A stretch of 64,000 nt of DNA from an uncultured Chloroflexia bacterium (lineage in GTDB: Bacteria; Chloroflexota; Chloroflexia; Thermomicrobiales; UBA6265). The stretch's first letter is position 1; every line of letters begins with the position of its first letter. Of the stretch, positions 45,676-56,349 are shown one piece after another. The DNA lies in assembly GCA_963724295.1 (NCBI GenBank), contig CAVRUC010000001.1, positions 96,001 to 160,000 on the forward strand. Reading direction: 5' to 3'. Under the pieces are notes generated by a model, which was not told the DNA's origin, did not search any database, and was given only the letters and a program-made list of their open reading frames with translations. The position numbers and the translations under genes are program-made.

Positions 45676-46800
45676 GTGTCTCAGAGCGTCGCGTCCCGGA
45701 CCACGTTCGATCCCGAGAAGCTCGTCCGGGCGGCGATCCATCATCTTCCCCTCTACACCCGGGAAGAGGCGCCGGCCGAAAAACCGGCGCGAGTGGTTCG
45801 CCTCGACTGGAATGAGTCGCCGTACGGGCCTTCGCCCAGAGCACTGGAAGCTCTGGCGGCGGTCGCCGCACACAATCGGTACCCGGAATTCGACGCCTGG
45901 GCCCTGCGCGATGCCATTGGACGCTATGCCGGCGTACCGGCGGATCGCATCGTGGCCGGGGCCGGTCTCGACAACGTGCTCGAGACGCTCATGTTGCTCC
46001 TCATCGAGCACGGCGATCGCGTCATCATCTCCGAGCCAACGTTCATGGTCTATCAGCTGCTCGTCCGCGGCCATGGAGGCGAGGCGGTCAACGTGCCGCT
46101 GGATCGGGACTTCCAACTCGACGCGCGAGGCATCCTGGATGCGGTCGACGACCGCACCAAGTTGATCCTGATCTGCAACCCGAATAACCCCACTGGCAAT
46201 CTGTTGTCGCCCGAGGCGATCGAGCAGATCGTCGCCAACGCACCCTGTCTGGTCGCGATCGACGAGGCCTATGCCGAGTTCGCCGGCGGCAGTTACCGCG
46301 ACCTGATGGACGAGCACCCGAATCTGGCCGTTCTCCGCACGCTGAGCAAGTTTGCCGGCCTGGCCGGGATGCGAGTCGGTTATGGCATCTTTCCCGAGTC
46401 GCTGATGCCGTATCTGATGCGGGTCATGCCGGGATTCTGCAACGTCAGCGCGGCTGCCAGCGCCGCCGCGATCGCGGCCCTCGCGGACGTCGACTACAAC
46501 CAGGCCACCATCGCTCGCATCGTCGCCGATCGCGAGATGCTTGCCGATCGTCTCCGCGAGATCCCGGGCGTCGAGCCGCTTCCCTCGGCCACGAATTTCC
46601 TGCTCGTTCGGCTGCCGATGCCGGATGCGGAGCCTGTTGTGCGCGAGCTGGCGAATCGTGGCGTCTACGTGCGCCATTTCGGTAACCCGGCGTTCGGTAT
46701 CGCGGACTGCCTTCGCGTCTCGATCGGCACACCGGAAGACAACGCGATCTTCGCCGAGCAGCTCGAAGCGATATTGGCGGCTCAGGAGCGAGCGGCGTGA
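45676..46800 (+). CDS. hisC: Histidinol-phosphate aminotransferase
   Basis: NESPY, NPNNPTG, DEAYAEF, RTLSKFAGLAGMRVGY. Confidence 0.93.
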   Translation: MSQSVASRTTFDPEKLVRAAIHHLPLYTREEAPAEKPARVVRLDWNESPYGPSPRALEALAAVAAHNRYPEFDAWALRDAIGRYAGVPADRIVAGAGLDNVLETLMLLLIEHGDRVIISEPTFMVYQLLVRGHGGEAVNVPLDRDFQLDARGILDAVDDRTKLILICNPNNPTGNLLSPEAIEQIVANAPCLVAIDEAYAEFAGGSYRDLMDEHPNLAVLRTLSKFAGLAGMRVGYGIFPESLMPYLMRVMPGFCNVSAAASAAAIAALADVDYNQATIARIVADREMLADRLREIPGVEPLPSATNFLLVRLPMPDAEPVVRELANRGVYVRHFGNPAFGIADCLRVSIGTPEDNAIFAEQLEAILAAQERAA

Positions 46801-47411
46801 CCGCGGCCGAGGTGCGGGCCGGTCAACGCCAAGCCCACATCGCCAGGTCGACCCTGGAGACTCGAATCGAGGCCCGCGTCGATCTCGACGGCGGCCCGGT
46901 GACAGCGGCTACGGGCGTTCCATTTCTCGACCACATGCTGGAGGCGCTGGGCCGCCACGGCAAGCTCGGCATCGAGATTCGCTGCGATGGCGACGCCGCG
47001 ATGGACCCCCACCACACCGTCGAAGACGTGGGTATCGTGCTTGGTCAGGCTGTCCGCGAATCGCTTGCCGACCGGCGAGGTATTGCCCGTTATGGCCACG
47101 CGTACGCGCCACTGGACGAGGCCCTGGCGCGCGTCGTCATCGACTGCTCGGGCCGGCCCTATCTCCACTACCAGGCGGAGATGCCGGAGCCGGTAATTGG
47201 CCGCGACTTCGCGGCCAGCCTCATCGAGGAGTTCTGGCGAGCGTTCGTGGTCAACGCCGCGGTGACCGCCCACATCGATCTGATCAGAGCGCGCAATGCC
47301 CATCACGCCGCGGAGGCGATTTTCAAGGCCGGCGCGCTTGCCCTGCACGCGGCTACCCGCCAGAGTGGTGACCCGGAGATGATCCCCTCGACGAAAGGTA
47401 TGCTCGCATGA
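46797..47411 (+). CDS. hisB: Imidazoleglycerol-phosphate dehydratase
   Basis: FLDHML, DPHHTVED, NAHHAAEAIFK, PSTKG. Confidence 0.96.
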   Translation: MTAAEVRAGQRQAHIARSTLETRIEARVDLDGGPVTAATGVPFLDHMLEALGRHGKLGIEIRCDGDAAMDPHHTVEDVGIVLGQAVRESLADRRGIARYGHAYAPLDEALARVVIDCSGRPYLHYQAEMPEPVIGRDFAASLIEEFWRAFVVNAAVTAHIDLIRARNAHHAAEAIFKAGALALHAATRQSGDPEMIPSTKGMLA

Positions 47412-48052
47412 GCGTCTCCATCGCGGTCATCGACTATGGCGCCGGCAACCTGCGCTCCATTCGACGCGCCTTAGAGGCCGCGGGCGCCGAGGTGACCGTC
47501 TCATCTGACAGCGCGGACGTGCGCCGCGCCGACGCCGTCGTTTTTCCGGGCGTCGGCGCGGCCGGCGCCGCGATGGATCGTCTTCACCAGCTCGGGCTGG
47601 TCGACGTCATCGGCGAAGTCGTCGCCGAGGGACGGCCATTCCTTGGCATCTGCCTCGGCATGCAGCTCCTCTTCGAGCACCAGGAAGAAGGAAACACGCG
47701 CGGGCTCGGTCTCCTGAACGGGCGCGTCCACAGCCTCAGCCCGCAGGTCAAGGTGCCGCAGATCGGGTGGAACCGCGTGCGATGGATCCGGGAGGCGGCT
47801 GGCTACCATCCCGCGGAGGCCGATGACTTCTACTTCGTTCACTCCTACGTCATCGAGCCTGATGATCCCGCTGACGTCCTCGCCGTCACCCGCTACGGTG
47901 AGGTCTTCCCCAGTATCGTCCGTCACGGTCAGGTCTGGGGCACGCAGTTTCACCCCGAGAAAAGTGGCCCCGCTGGGTTGAAGCTGATCGCGGGTTGGGT
48001 CGACGGCGTGCGCGCCAACGCCGGCGCCAGGCGGTTGAGCGTCCCCGCATGA
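47408..48052 (+). CDS. hisH: Imidazole glycerol phosphate synthase, glutaminase subunit
   Basis: DYGAGNL, PGVGA, GICLGMQ, QFHPEKS. Confidence 0.96.
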   Translation: MSVSIAVIDYGAGNLRSIRRALEAAGAEVTVSSDSADVRRADAVVFPGVGAAGAAMDRLHQLGLVDVIGEVVAEGRPFLGICLGMQLLFEHQEEGNTRGLGLLNGRVHSLSPQVKVPQIGWNRVRWIREAAGYHPAEADDFYFVHSYVIEPDDPADVLAVTRYGEVFPSIVRHGQVWGTQFHPEKSGPAGLKLIAGWVDGVRANAGARRLSVPA

Positions 48053-48780
48053 TCCTCTATCCGGCAATCGATATCCGGGGCGGCCGTTGCGTGCGTCTGA
48101 TCGAAGGCGATTTCAATCGCGAGACAGCCTATGATAGCGACCCCTCCGCGGCCGCCCGCCGTTGGGTGGAGGCCGGCGCGGAGTGGCTGCACATCGTCGA
48201 TCTTGACGGAGCTGTCGAAGGGCGACCGATCAATCGCGAGGCTGTGGCGCAGATCCGCGCCTCGGTCGACGTCTCGATCCAGCTCGGTGGTGGCCTTCGC
48301 CAGCTAACTGATCTCGAAGACGCGTTCGCCACAGGCGTCGACCGGGCGATTCTTGGCACCGTCGCCCTCCGCGATCCGGAACTGGTCATCAGCGCCGTCG
48401 CCCGCTGGGGCGACCGCGTCGCGGTTGCGCTCGACGCCAGAGATGGCCGGCTGGCGACCGACGGCTGGCTGGGACAGTCCGATACCCGCGCCGTCGAGGT
48501 GGCCCAGCGACTGGCTCAGAGACGTGTGCGCCACTTCATCTACACCGACATCCGACGTGACGGCACGCTCTCGGGCCCGAACCTGGAAGGGCTCAGCGAG
48601 TTGGTCGAGAAGGTCGAAGCGGATGTCATCGCCTCCGGCGGTATCGCCTCGCTTGACGACATCAAGGCCGCGGCGAACGTGGGTGCAACCGGCGCGATCA
48701 TCGGGCGGGCGTTGTACGACGGGCGCGTCGACCTCGCTGACGCTCTCGCGCTATTTCGACCAACTGAGGCGCCATGCTGA
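48049..48780 (+). CDS. hisA: ProFAR isomerase
   Basis: [34 protein letters not shown]. Confidence 0.96.
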   Translation: MILYPAIDIRGGRCVRLIEGDFNRETAYDSDPSAAARRWVEAGAEWLHIVDLDGAVEGRPINREAVAQIRASVDVSIQLGGGLRQLTDLEDAFATGVDRAILGTVALRDPELVISAVARWGDRVAVALDARDGRLATDGWLGQSDTRAVEVAQRLAQRRVRHFIYTDIRRDGTLSGPNLEGLSELVEKVEADVIASGGIASLDDIKAAANVGATGAIIGRALYDGRVDLADALALFRPTEAPC

Positions 48781-49592
48781 GTCCGTACTCCATCGACCTC
48801 CACGACGGTCTTCCCGATACCGGGCCATACCGCAGAATCATTCCCTGTCTGGACGTGACCGGCGGCCGCGTGGTCAAAGGCATCGAGTTCGTCAATCTGC
48901 GCGATGCGGGTGATCCCGTCGAGCTCGCCGCGTTCTACGACAGCGAAGGCGCCGACGAGCTTGTCTTCCTCGACATCACGGCCTCGTCCGACAGCCGCCA
49001 CACGATGCTCGACGTTGTCGAGCGAACGGCCGACCAGGTCTTCATCCCGCTCACGGTAGGGGGCGGAGTGCGCTCGGTGGGCGACATTCGGCAATTGCTC
49101 TCCGCCGGCGCCGACAAGGTCTCGATCAATACCGCGGCCATCAACGATCCCGACCTCATCGACGCCGGGGCGCAGGTCTTTGGTCGCCAGTGCATCGTCG
49201 TCGCCATCGACGCTCGCCGCGAGACGGATCGCGATGGCTGGGGCGTCTACACGCACGGCGGCCGGCGCGCCAGCGGTCTCGACGTCGTTGACTGGGCCGC
49301 GGAAGCGGCTCGCCGGGGTGCGGGGGAAATCCTGCTCACCAGCATGGACCGCGATGGCACGCGCGATGGCTACGACCTCCCTCTCCTAGAAGCCGTCTCC
49401 GCGGCCGTGAACATCCCGGTGATCGCGTCGGGCGGCGCGGGCAACCTCGACCATCTATGCGAAGGTCTGGCGCCGGGTCGCGCCGATGCCGTGCTGGCGG
49501 CTTCGATCTTCCATTTCGGGGAATACCGAATCGCGGACGCACGAAAGCATCTCGCCAGCCGCGGCATCCCGGTGCGCGACTCTCGTTCATGA
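48774..49592 (+). CDS. hisF: Imidazole glycerol phosphate synthase, cyclase subunit
   Basis: [33 protein letters not shown]. Confidence 0.97.
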   Translation: MLSPYSIDLHDGLPDTGPYRRIIPCLDVTGGRVVKGIEFVNLRDAGDPVELAAFYDSEGADELVFLDITASSDSRHTMLDVVERTADQVFIPLTVGGGVRSVGDIRQLLSAGADKVSINTAAINDPDLIDAGAQVFGRQCIVVAIDARRETDRDGWGVYTHGGRRASGLDVVDWAAEAARRGAGEILLTSMDRDGTRDGYDLPLLEAVSAAVNIPVIASGGAGNLDHLCEGLAPGRADAVLAASIFHFGEYRIADARKHLASRGIPVRDSRS

Positions 49593-50559
49593 ACGATCAG
49601 CCGCCGCGGAACGTCCGCTACGGCGCCGATGGTCTGGCGCCGGTGGTCGTTCAGGACGCCATTTCAGGCGACGTTTTGATGCTCGCCTTCATGAACGACG
49701 AGGCACTTCGCCTGACGCACGAGACGGGCAGGGCGCATTACTGGAGCCGCGGCCGCAACGCGCTCTGGCGAAAGGGCGAGACGTCAGGTCACGAGCAGCT
49801 CGTCGAAGAGATCCGCGTCAATTGTGAGCAAAACAGCCTCTTGCTGCTGGTGCGACAGGTTGGCGCCGTTTGTCACGACGGCTATCCGACCTGCTTCTAC
49901 CGGCGCACCGCGCCAGACGGCTCGCTGACCATCGTCCGAGAGCGTTCGTTCGACCCGAGCGCCGTCTACCACGACGCGGCGCCAGTGCCTCAACGCGGCG
50001 AGACAGAAGCGGTTGATCCGCTTGGGGAGGCGACGCGGCGACAACTGGGCGCCTATGCCTACCTGCGCGACCACGATCTGACCGCTGAATCAGAGACCTC
50101 TCGCCGCTTGCGACACGCCGACCAGCATTTCGGGAGCCGTATCGCCGATGAGCTGCGTGAGCTGGCCGGGGTGCTGGCTCGGAGAGCACCAGCACGCCGG
50201 CCAGGAACGTGACGTGCTGCTGGAAGCATCGCAGGTCATCTACTGGCTACTCCTGGAGTCGCTACGCCACGGAGTCACCTGGATGGCGCTGCGGCCGGAC
50301 CGCGCGTTGGCCACCGTAGATACGAGGCTGCTGGCAGCGACAGTGGCCCGGTTACTTCGCGCGGAGGCGGACCACTGGTCCGAGAGCGGGCGCGATGATC
50401 AGGACATCGCCGCGGCTGCCCATGCCACCCTGTCGCTCGTCGCCCAGGCCTGCGCAAGCGTCGGGATCGATCCACTTGCCACCGTGCGTTTCGACCTCGC
50501 CGAACTGGAATCAAGACCGTATCTCGCTCCGTATTTCGGAGTCGACGAAGACTTCATAG
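49589..50559 (+). CDS. hisI: Phosphoribosyl-AMP cyclohydrolase with a long helical (HisE-like?) C-terminal extension; +1 frameshift near 50180; end uncertain
   Basis: [31 protein letters not shown]; joins as ELAGVLA/GEHQH...LEASQVIYW...RPYLAPYF. Confidence 0.8.
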
Positions 50560-50588
50560 GCGGATCGCGGGGGGCACAAACGAGCGTG

Positions 50589-51500
50589 ATGGGTCCGGGA
50601 TCGGGAAGGGAAGAGCCTCGGCAACCCGTCTCTGCGCTAGCCGACGCACCGTCCGGCAGTCATGAGCGGCTCTGGACCCCCTGGCGGATGCGCTACGTCG
50701 CGGGAGCGCATCGCGAGGAAGGCTGCATCTTCTGCAACCGCCTGGCTGAACAGGACGACGTGCAGTCGCTGATCCTGCACCGTGGCGAGCGTGCGTTCGT
50801 CATCATGAACCTCTACCCATACAACACCGGGCACCTGATGATCGTACCGAACGCGCACGTCGCTTCTCCCGAGGACGCCGACCCCGAGGTGATGCGGGAG
50901 ATGGCGGCGTTGCGAGGCCCGGTGCTGCGCGCGCTTCGCCACGCGTTGTCACCCGATGGATTCAATCTTGGACTCAACGTCGGAGCGCCGGCCGGTGCGG
51001 GTGTCGCCGACCATCTGCACGAGCATGTCGTCCCGCGCTGGCAGGGAGACGCCAACTTCATGCCGATCCTGGCTGCGACGATGGTCATGCCGGAGCTGAT
51101 CCCGGTGACCTACGCCAAGGTCCGCGCGGAGCTTGCGTCCGAGCTGGCCGCCGGTAGTCAGGTCACAACGCTTGTGGTCATCAATGACCGAACGCACATG
51201 CTCGTCGATGCAGCCGGGCGGTTGCCGGAGGCCATCCCCCGCGAGGGTGAGTCGATCTGGGCAGCGGCGATGCGTGAGGCGCGCGAGCGCGGAGCCACCG
51301 ATACCGAGCTCCTGGGTTGGGCCGGGGAGCGTAAAGCGGGTCCAGGGCAATCCGCGCTGCTCTTGCGGGCCGCAATCCGCGAGGGCGCCGCGCTCGCCGC
51401 GGGAAGTCGCTTCGCGCCAGTAAACGAGCTGCTGATGGGAAAAGATGCGCAGATCGTGCGCATTGCTTTGCAGCACGAGGACCAGTTCGGTTCGTGCTAA
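50589..51500 (+). CDS. HIT family hydrolase (Ap4A phosphorylase-like) with a degenerate Nudix-like tail
   Basis: LWTPWRMRYV, CIFC, NLYPYNTGH, HLHEHVVPRW; tail REGESIWAAAMREARE. Confidence 0.85.
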   Translation: MGPGSGREEPRQPVSALADAPSGSHERLWTPWRMRYVAGAHREEGCIFCNRLAEQDDVQSLILHRGERAFVIMNLYPYNTGHLMIVPNAHVASPEDADPEVMREMAALRGPVLRALRHALSPDGFNLGLNVGAPAGAGVADHLHEHVVPRWQGDANFMPILAATMVMPELIPVTYAKVRAELASELAAGSQVTTLVVINDRTHMLVDAAGRLPEAIPREGESIWAAAMREARERGATDTELLGWAGERKAGPGQSALLLRAAIREGAALAAGSRFAPVNELLMGKDAQIVRIALQHEDQFGSC

Positions 51501-51624
51501 CGGCTCCCGGCCATCGGTCCCCCTTGCTCGTGCCAGTCGCGATTGAGCACGCGTCGGCGACGGTCCCGCTCCTATACTCGGCGCCATGACATCGATGCTC
51601 TGCCCGGTAGGCGGCTGATTAATC

Positions 51625-53001
51625 GTGCCTGGCTCCGAACTGCGCCACGATTCCTCCGATAGGAGAGGCATGGCGTTGAACTCGATCCTTGGCGTCGCGG
51701 CGGAGTCGGTCAACGCCGCCGCCGAGGTACTGCTGCTGCCCAGTGTGATCCTGGCGTTTTTCGTCGCCGAGCTGACCCCATCCTATGCGACGATCGGGCT
51801 GGTGCCCGCGATCGCAATCGGATTCTGGACGCTGGGACGACTTCCGGCGCATCTCCTTAGCCAATCGCGCCGGCGGCAGCAACCGTGGGCGTTCGCCTCG
51901 GCGGTAGTGCGCGCGGCAGCTGTTGGCGTGCTCGCCGTTGTTACCACCCGCATTGATCCCGCCGCGCTTTCTCAGTCGGCGCGACCGCTGATCCTCACCG
52001 TTTTTCTCTGCCTCATCGCTTTCTCCCTGGCGGGCGGATTCGGAAGTTTGGCCGGCGGCGCGCTTCTCCAGTCCTCCATCGCGACGGAAACCTGGGGAGC
52101 GTTTGTCAGGCGGCGCGCCGGGTGGAGCGCGTTGTTGTCCATCCTGGCCGCCGTCGTCGTTGCCCGATTGCTTGGCAGCAGCGCTTTGCCGTTCCCAGGC
52201 GGATACGGACGGCTGTTTCTCGTGGCCACATTCTGTCTGGTCATAGTCGCCGTTTTGACCGCCGCGATGCGCGAGCCCTGGATCGCGGTCACATCGAGCG
52301 CGCCGAACCCACCTCCCCGTGCGTGGCGACAACTCCTCCAGGACGCCCACTACCGGCGGTTTCTCCTCTTTCGGATACTCCTCTCGGCAACGGCCGCGAT
52401 CGATCCGTTTCTCTTCCTCTACGCAATCACGCGTCTCGGCGCCCCCATCACCAAGATCGGCGATTATGTCATCTTGGCTGTTCTGGGGTGGGTTGTGTCA
52501 GCACCGGTCTGGTTCTGGGTCGAGCGCCGCTCCGGCGCCCGCACATTATTGCAAAGTGCCGCTGTCGTTCGTCTCATTGCGCCGGCCATCGCCCTGGCCA
52601 CGCCCCCGCTGGCGGCGATCGGTCTCGTCCGGGATCGCCTGCCCGACGCGACGACGTTGACGACGGTCTATGGAGCCGCGTTCTTTGTCGTCGGAGCGGC
52701 GCTGGCTGCCCAATCGCGCGGTAACTATGACTACCTCGCGGCACTGGCGCCTCACCAGCTTCTTCCGGCATACACCGGTATGATCAATGCGTTGCTTGCC
52801 GTGGTGGCGTTCGCCCCTGTGCTGGGGGGAATTCTGATCGAACGATTCAGTTATGAGGCGCTGTTCGGAGTCGCGGCGGCTGTCGGTCTGGCCACGGTGT
52901 TCGCGGGTGGATGGCTGGCGGAGACGCCGTCACGAGCACGGGAACGTGAGAACGCGGGCCATGCGGCGACCACCAGGGCAATCCTCTCCGGACCCGCCTG
53001 A
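51625..53001 (+). CDS. MFS-like multi-pass membrane protein
   Basis: About 11-12 hydrophobic segments in two halves; alternative start ATG 51670 after AGGAGAGG. Confidence 0.75.
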   Translation: MPGSELRHDSSDRRGMALNSILGVAAESVNAAAEVLLLPSVILAFFVAELTPSYATIGLVPAIAIGFWTLGRLPAHLLSQSRRRQQPWAFASAVVRAAAVGVLAVVTTRIDPAALSQSARPLILTVFLCLIAFSLAGGFGSLAGGALLQSSIATETWGAFVRRRAGWSALLSILAAVVVARLLGSSALPFPGGYGRLFLVATFCLVIVAVLTAAMREPWIAVTSSAPNPPPRAWRQLLQDAHYRRFLLFRILLSATAAIDPFLFLYAITRLGAPITKIGDYVILAVLGWVVSAPVWFWVERRSGARTLLQSAAVVRLIAPAIALATPPLAAIGLVRDRLPDATTLTTVYGAAFFVVGAALAAQSRGNYDYLAALAPHQLLPAYTGMINALLAVVAFAPVLGGILIERFSYEALFGVAAAVGLATVFAGGWLAETPSRARERENAGHAATTRAILSGPA

Positions 53002-53026
53002 CCGCCTCCCCTCATCTCGACGTCGC

Positions 53027-54589
53027 CTATTGACTCACCGGTCCAGCGGCGCGAACGGTCGCCGACGCGCTATCAGCGAAATTCGCAAAGTTCTCCGCCA
53101 GGTCTCGCGCCAATCGCGCGGCCGTGGCGTCGTACTCCCCGGCATCCGGCCAGGTCTCGCGCGGGCGCAGGAGCGCTCCCGGGATGCCTGGAGCCGATCG
53201 GGGCACCGCGAAGCCAAACACCGGATCGACGTCCATCCGCACGTCATCGAGGGAACCATCGAGGATCGCCGCGACCGCTGCCCGGGTCAGAGCGATCGGC
53301 ATCCGCGTCCCCGTCCCATACGGACCGCCGGTCCAGCCGGTATTGACGAGCCAGACCTGCGATCCATGCCGGTCCAACCGCTCCCCGAACAGGTTCGCGT
53401 AACGCATCGGCGGCAGCGGCAGGAACGGCGCGCCAAAACACGCTGAGAACGTAGCGCTTGGGGTGGTGACACCTCGTTCCGTGCCGGCAAGCTTCGCGGT
53501 ATAGCCGGAAAGGAACCAGTAGAGCGCCTGGTCGCGGGAGAGTCTGGCTATCGGCGGCAGGACACCAAACGCATCCGCTGAGAGGAACAGGATCTTCGAC
53601 GGATGCGTTCCGCTCCCTCCCGCCTCGGGATCGAGAAAAGCGAGCGGATAGGCCGCGCGGGTATTCTCGGTCAGCGAGTCGTCCTCAAATCGCGGACGTC
53701 GCGTGTCCGGATCGAGGACGACATTCTCGAGGACGGCTCCAAACCGTTGCGCCGCGCGAAAGATCTCCGGTTCGGCCTCCGCGGAGAGCCCGATCGTTTT
53801 CGCATACGAGCCATTTTCGAAGTTGAAGATGCCGCGCTCCGACCAGCCATGCTCATCGTCGCCGATCAACCGGCGTTGCGGATCGGTCGAGAGCGTGGTC
53901 TTTCCGGTTCCCGACAGACCAAAAAAGAGCGCGGTGCTGCCGTCCCGCCCCTCGTTTGCCGAGCAGTGCATGGTGGCCACGCCGTGCCGCGGAAGTGATC
54001 CCTGCATCACCGTGAAGATCGCCTTCTTGATCTCGCCGGCGTATCGCGTGCCGGCGATCAGCACGCGCCGCCACTCGAAGTCGATCGCGATCCCGGTGGT
54101 GCTCGCCGTCTCATGCCGAACGGGATCAGCCTGGAGCTGGGGCGCATGGAGAACGGTCCAGCGTTCTGTCGCGGCCCCATCGCCGCCGCGCCCTGGGAGA
54201 AACAGGTTGCGAGCGAACAACGCCGACCAGGCGCTGTCGGTCACGAGCTGGACCGGCAGGTTGAACCGCGGGTCCGCGCCAACGGAGAGGTCCATCAGGT
54301 AACGGTCTTTGCCGGCCAGGTACTCGACGACATCGGCATGGAATCGTGCGAAGGCGTCCGGCGACATCGGCTGGTTGACGCTCCCCCACCAGATCTCGTC
54401 TGCGAGCTCTCCGTGCCGCACGACGAACTTGTCCTCGGGCGAGCGTCCGGTGTGCGTGCCGGTTTCGACCACGAGCGCGCCAGAATTTGCCAGTTGCCCT
54501 TCCCCTCGCCGAATGGCATGCTCGATGAGTGCGCCTGGTGCAAGGTCGCGGTGATCCACGCTCGCCGTCCGCCGCGCCTGTCTTGTCAT
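53027..54589 (-). CDS. pckA: Phosphoenolpyruvate carboxykinase (ATP)
   Basis: TGRSPEDKF, YAGEIKK, GLSGTGKTTLS, LIGDDEHGW, ENTRAAYP. Start uncertain. Confidence 0.95.
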   Translation of the reverse strand: MTRQARRTASVDHRDLAPGALIEHAIRRGEGQLANSGALVVETGTHTGRSPEDKFVVRHGELADEIWWGSVNQPMSPDAFARFHADVVEYLAGKDRYLMDLSVGADPRFNLPVQLVTDSAWSALFARNLFLPGRGGDGAATERWTVLHAPQLQADPVRHETASTTGIAIDFEWRRVLIAGTRYAGEIKKAIFTVMQGSLPRHGVATMHCSANEGRDGSTALFFGLSGTGKTTLSTDPQRRLIGDDEHGWSERGIFNFENGSYAKTIGLSAEAEPEIFRAAQRFGAVLENVVLDPDTRRPRFEDDSLTENTRAAYPLAFLDPEAGGSGTHPSKILFLSADAFGVLPPIARLSRDQALYWFLSGYTAKLAGTERGVTTPSATFSACFGAPFLPLPPMRYANLFGERLDRHGSQVWLVNTGWTGGPYGTGTRMPIALTRAAVAAILDGSLDDVRMDVDPVFGFAVPRSAPGIPGALLRPRETWPDAGEYDATAARLARDLAENFANFADSASATVRAAGPVSQ

Positions 54590-54819
54590 CGGAGCGCTAC
54601 TTGCGTTCGGTCCACTGTCAGCGTCCTCGATCACCAAAGTGACAGTTCGTTGGACTGCGCTCACGCTGCTGATCCTCCCCATGACGCGCGGGGCCGCGCG
54701 GGCCACCGCGCCACGCGACGTCAGCGGCGGGAGCGATCGAGCATGTGTAGCCGCCTGACTCGGAAACAGCCTCGCAAGGCAGGGGCCACCCCAAGCCAGG
54801 CATGGCCGCGGGAGCCGTT

Positions 54820-56217
54820 TCAGGCAGCCAGCGCGGGACGAATGGCGACGATCGCGCGCCGGAAACCGGCCAGCACTTCGTCGATCGTCGCATCGTCCAT
54901 CGCGGTCGACGTGCACATCGTCAGCCGCGGCGCAACGAAGATTCCCTCGAGCAGCAGTGTCAGGTGGAGTAGCCGGGCAAGACCCTTGTCGGTGAGCGCC
55001 GCATCGCGATAGGCGCGGACCTCAGGAATGCCGAGATGGAGACCGGCGAACGAACCGTAACCGGTCACAGCCACCGGCACCTCTGCATCCTGGAGGGCGG
55101 CACGCAATCCGTCGCGCAAGCGTTCGCCGAGGGCGTTGATCCGATCGACCTCCGCCGGGGTGTACGCCTCCATCGCCGCGACGCCCGCCACCATCGTGAT
55201 CAGATTGCCGTTGAACGTGCCCGATTGCCAGAGTGGCGCTGGACGCAACGGGTCGAACTGCTCCATGACACTGGAGCGGCCACCAAATCCGCCGACAGGA
55301 AATCCGCCGCCGATGATCTTGGCGAACGTGGTCAGGTCCGGACGCACGCGATAGTGCTGCTGCATCCCGCCTGGCTCGAGCCGGAAGCTCATCACCTCGT
55401 CGAATATCAGCAGCGCATCATGTTCGAGGGTGAGGACCCTGAGCGCTTCCAGAAATGCCCGATCCGCCGGCAGCATACCGGCCGAACCCATCACCGGCTC
55501 GACGATCACCGCCGCGACTTCCTGGCCGCGTTCCCGCATGAGACGCTCCACGGCGTCGATGTCGTTCAACGGGGTGACGAGCACATTGTCGGTCGTGTTC
55601 GCCGGCACGCCGCGGGTGCCCAGCACGCCAACTGGCGCGTGATCGGGGCCGGACGCCGGGTCGCGTGGATCCGGGCGCACGCTCACTTCCACGTCGTCAT
55701 ACGTTCCGTGGTAGCCGCCCTCCATCTTGACGATGAGATCGCGGCCGGTGAACGCGCGCGCCGCCCGCAGCGCGTTCATCACCGCTTCGGAACCGGAGTT
55801 GCAGAAGCGCACGAGGTCGACCGAGGCAACGCGATCGACGATGATCTCCGCCAATCGGGTCTGCGACTCATTCGGAGCCGGAAATGCGGTGCCGGAGGGA
55901 AGACGATCCGCCACGGCAGCCACAACCGCCGGGTGACTGTGCCCATGGATCAGGGAGGTGTAGTTGTTGAGGAGGTCGACGTAGGTGCGCCCGTCGGCGT
56001 CGTGGATGCGACACCCCTGTCCATCGGTGATCACCAGCGGGTACGGCGCATGAAATGCCACGGTGCGGGTATCACCACCCGGCATGACCCGGCGCGCGGC
56101 CTCGTGTAGCGCGGCCGAGCGAGGCGAGCTTGCCCGGTAATCGGCAATCACTTCCGCCTCGACTTCCGAACGAGTGCGCGAATCAAGGGTTGAGGAGACC
56201 TGTGCCCCCACCGCCAT
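54820..56217 (-). CDS. Class III PLP aminotransferase (GSA-aminomutase-like)
   Basis: NSGSEAVM, LIFDEVMSFR, AKIIGGGFPVG, SGTFNGN. Confidence 0.88.
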   Translation of the reverse strand: MAVGAQVSSTLDSRTRSEVEAEVIADYRASSPRSAALHEAARRVMPGGDTRTVAFHAPYPLVITDGQGCRIHDADGRTYVDLLNNYTSLIHGHSHPAVVAAVADRLPSGTAFPAPNESQTRLAEIIVDRVASVDLVRFCNSGSEAVMNALRAARAFTGRDLIVKMEGGYHGTYDDVEVSVRPDPRDPASGPDHAPVGVLGTRGVPANTTDNVLVTPLNDIDAVERLMRERGQEVAAVIVEPVMGSAGMLPADRAFLEALRVLTLEHDALLIFDEVMSFRLEPGGMQQHYRVRPDLTTFAKIIGGGFPVGGFGGRSSVMEQFDPLRPAPLWQSGTFNGNLITMVAGVAAMEAYTPAEVDRINALGERLRDGLRAALQDAEVPVAVTGYGSFAGLHLGIPEVRAYRDAALTDKGLARLLHLTLLLEGIFVAPRLTMCTSTAMDDATIDEVLAGFRRAIVAIRPALAA

Positions 56218-56349
56218 CCTATTTCTCCTTGGTGACCGGACCACTGCTCTGGACCGGGATCGTAAGAACCAGGAGCAAGGGCGTCAAGTCGCGCCGGCGG
56301 GTACGATGCTGGGGACCAACGACCGAACGGCAAGAAAGGGCACATCCGG

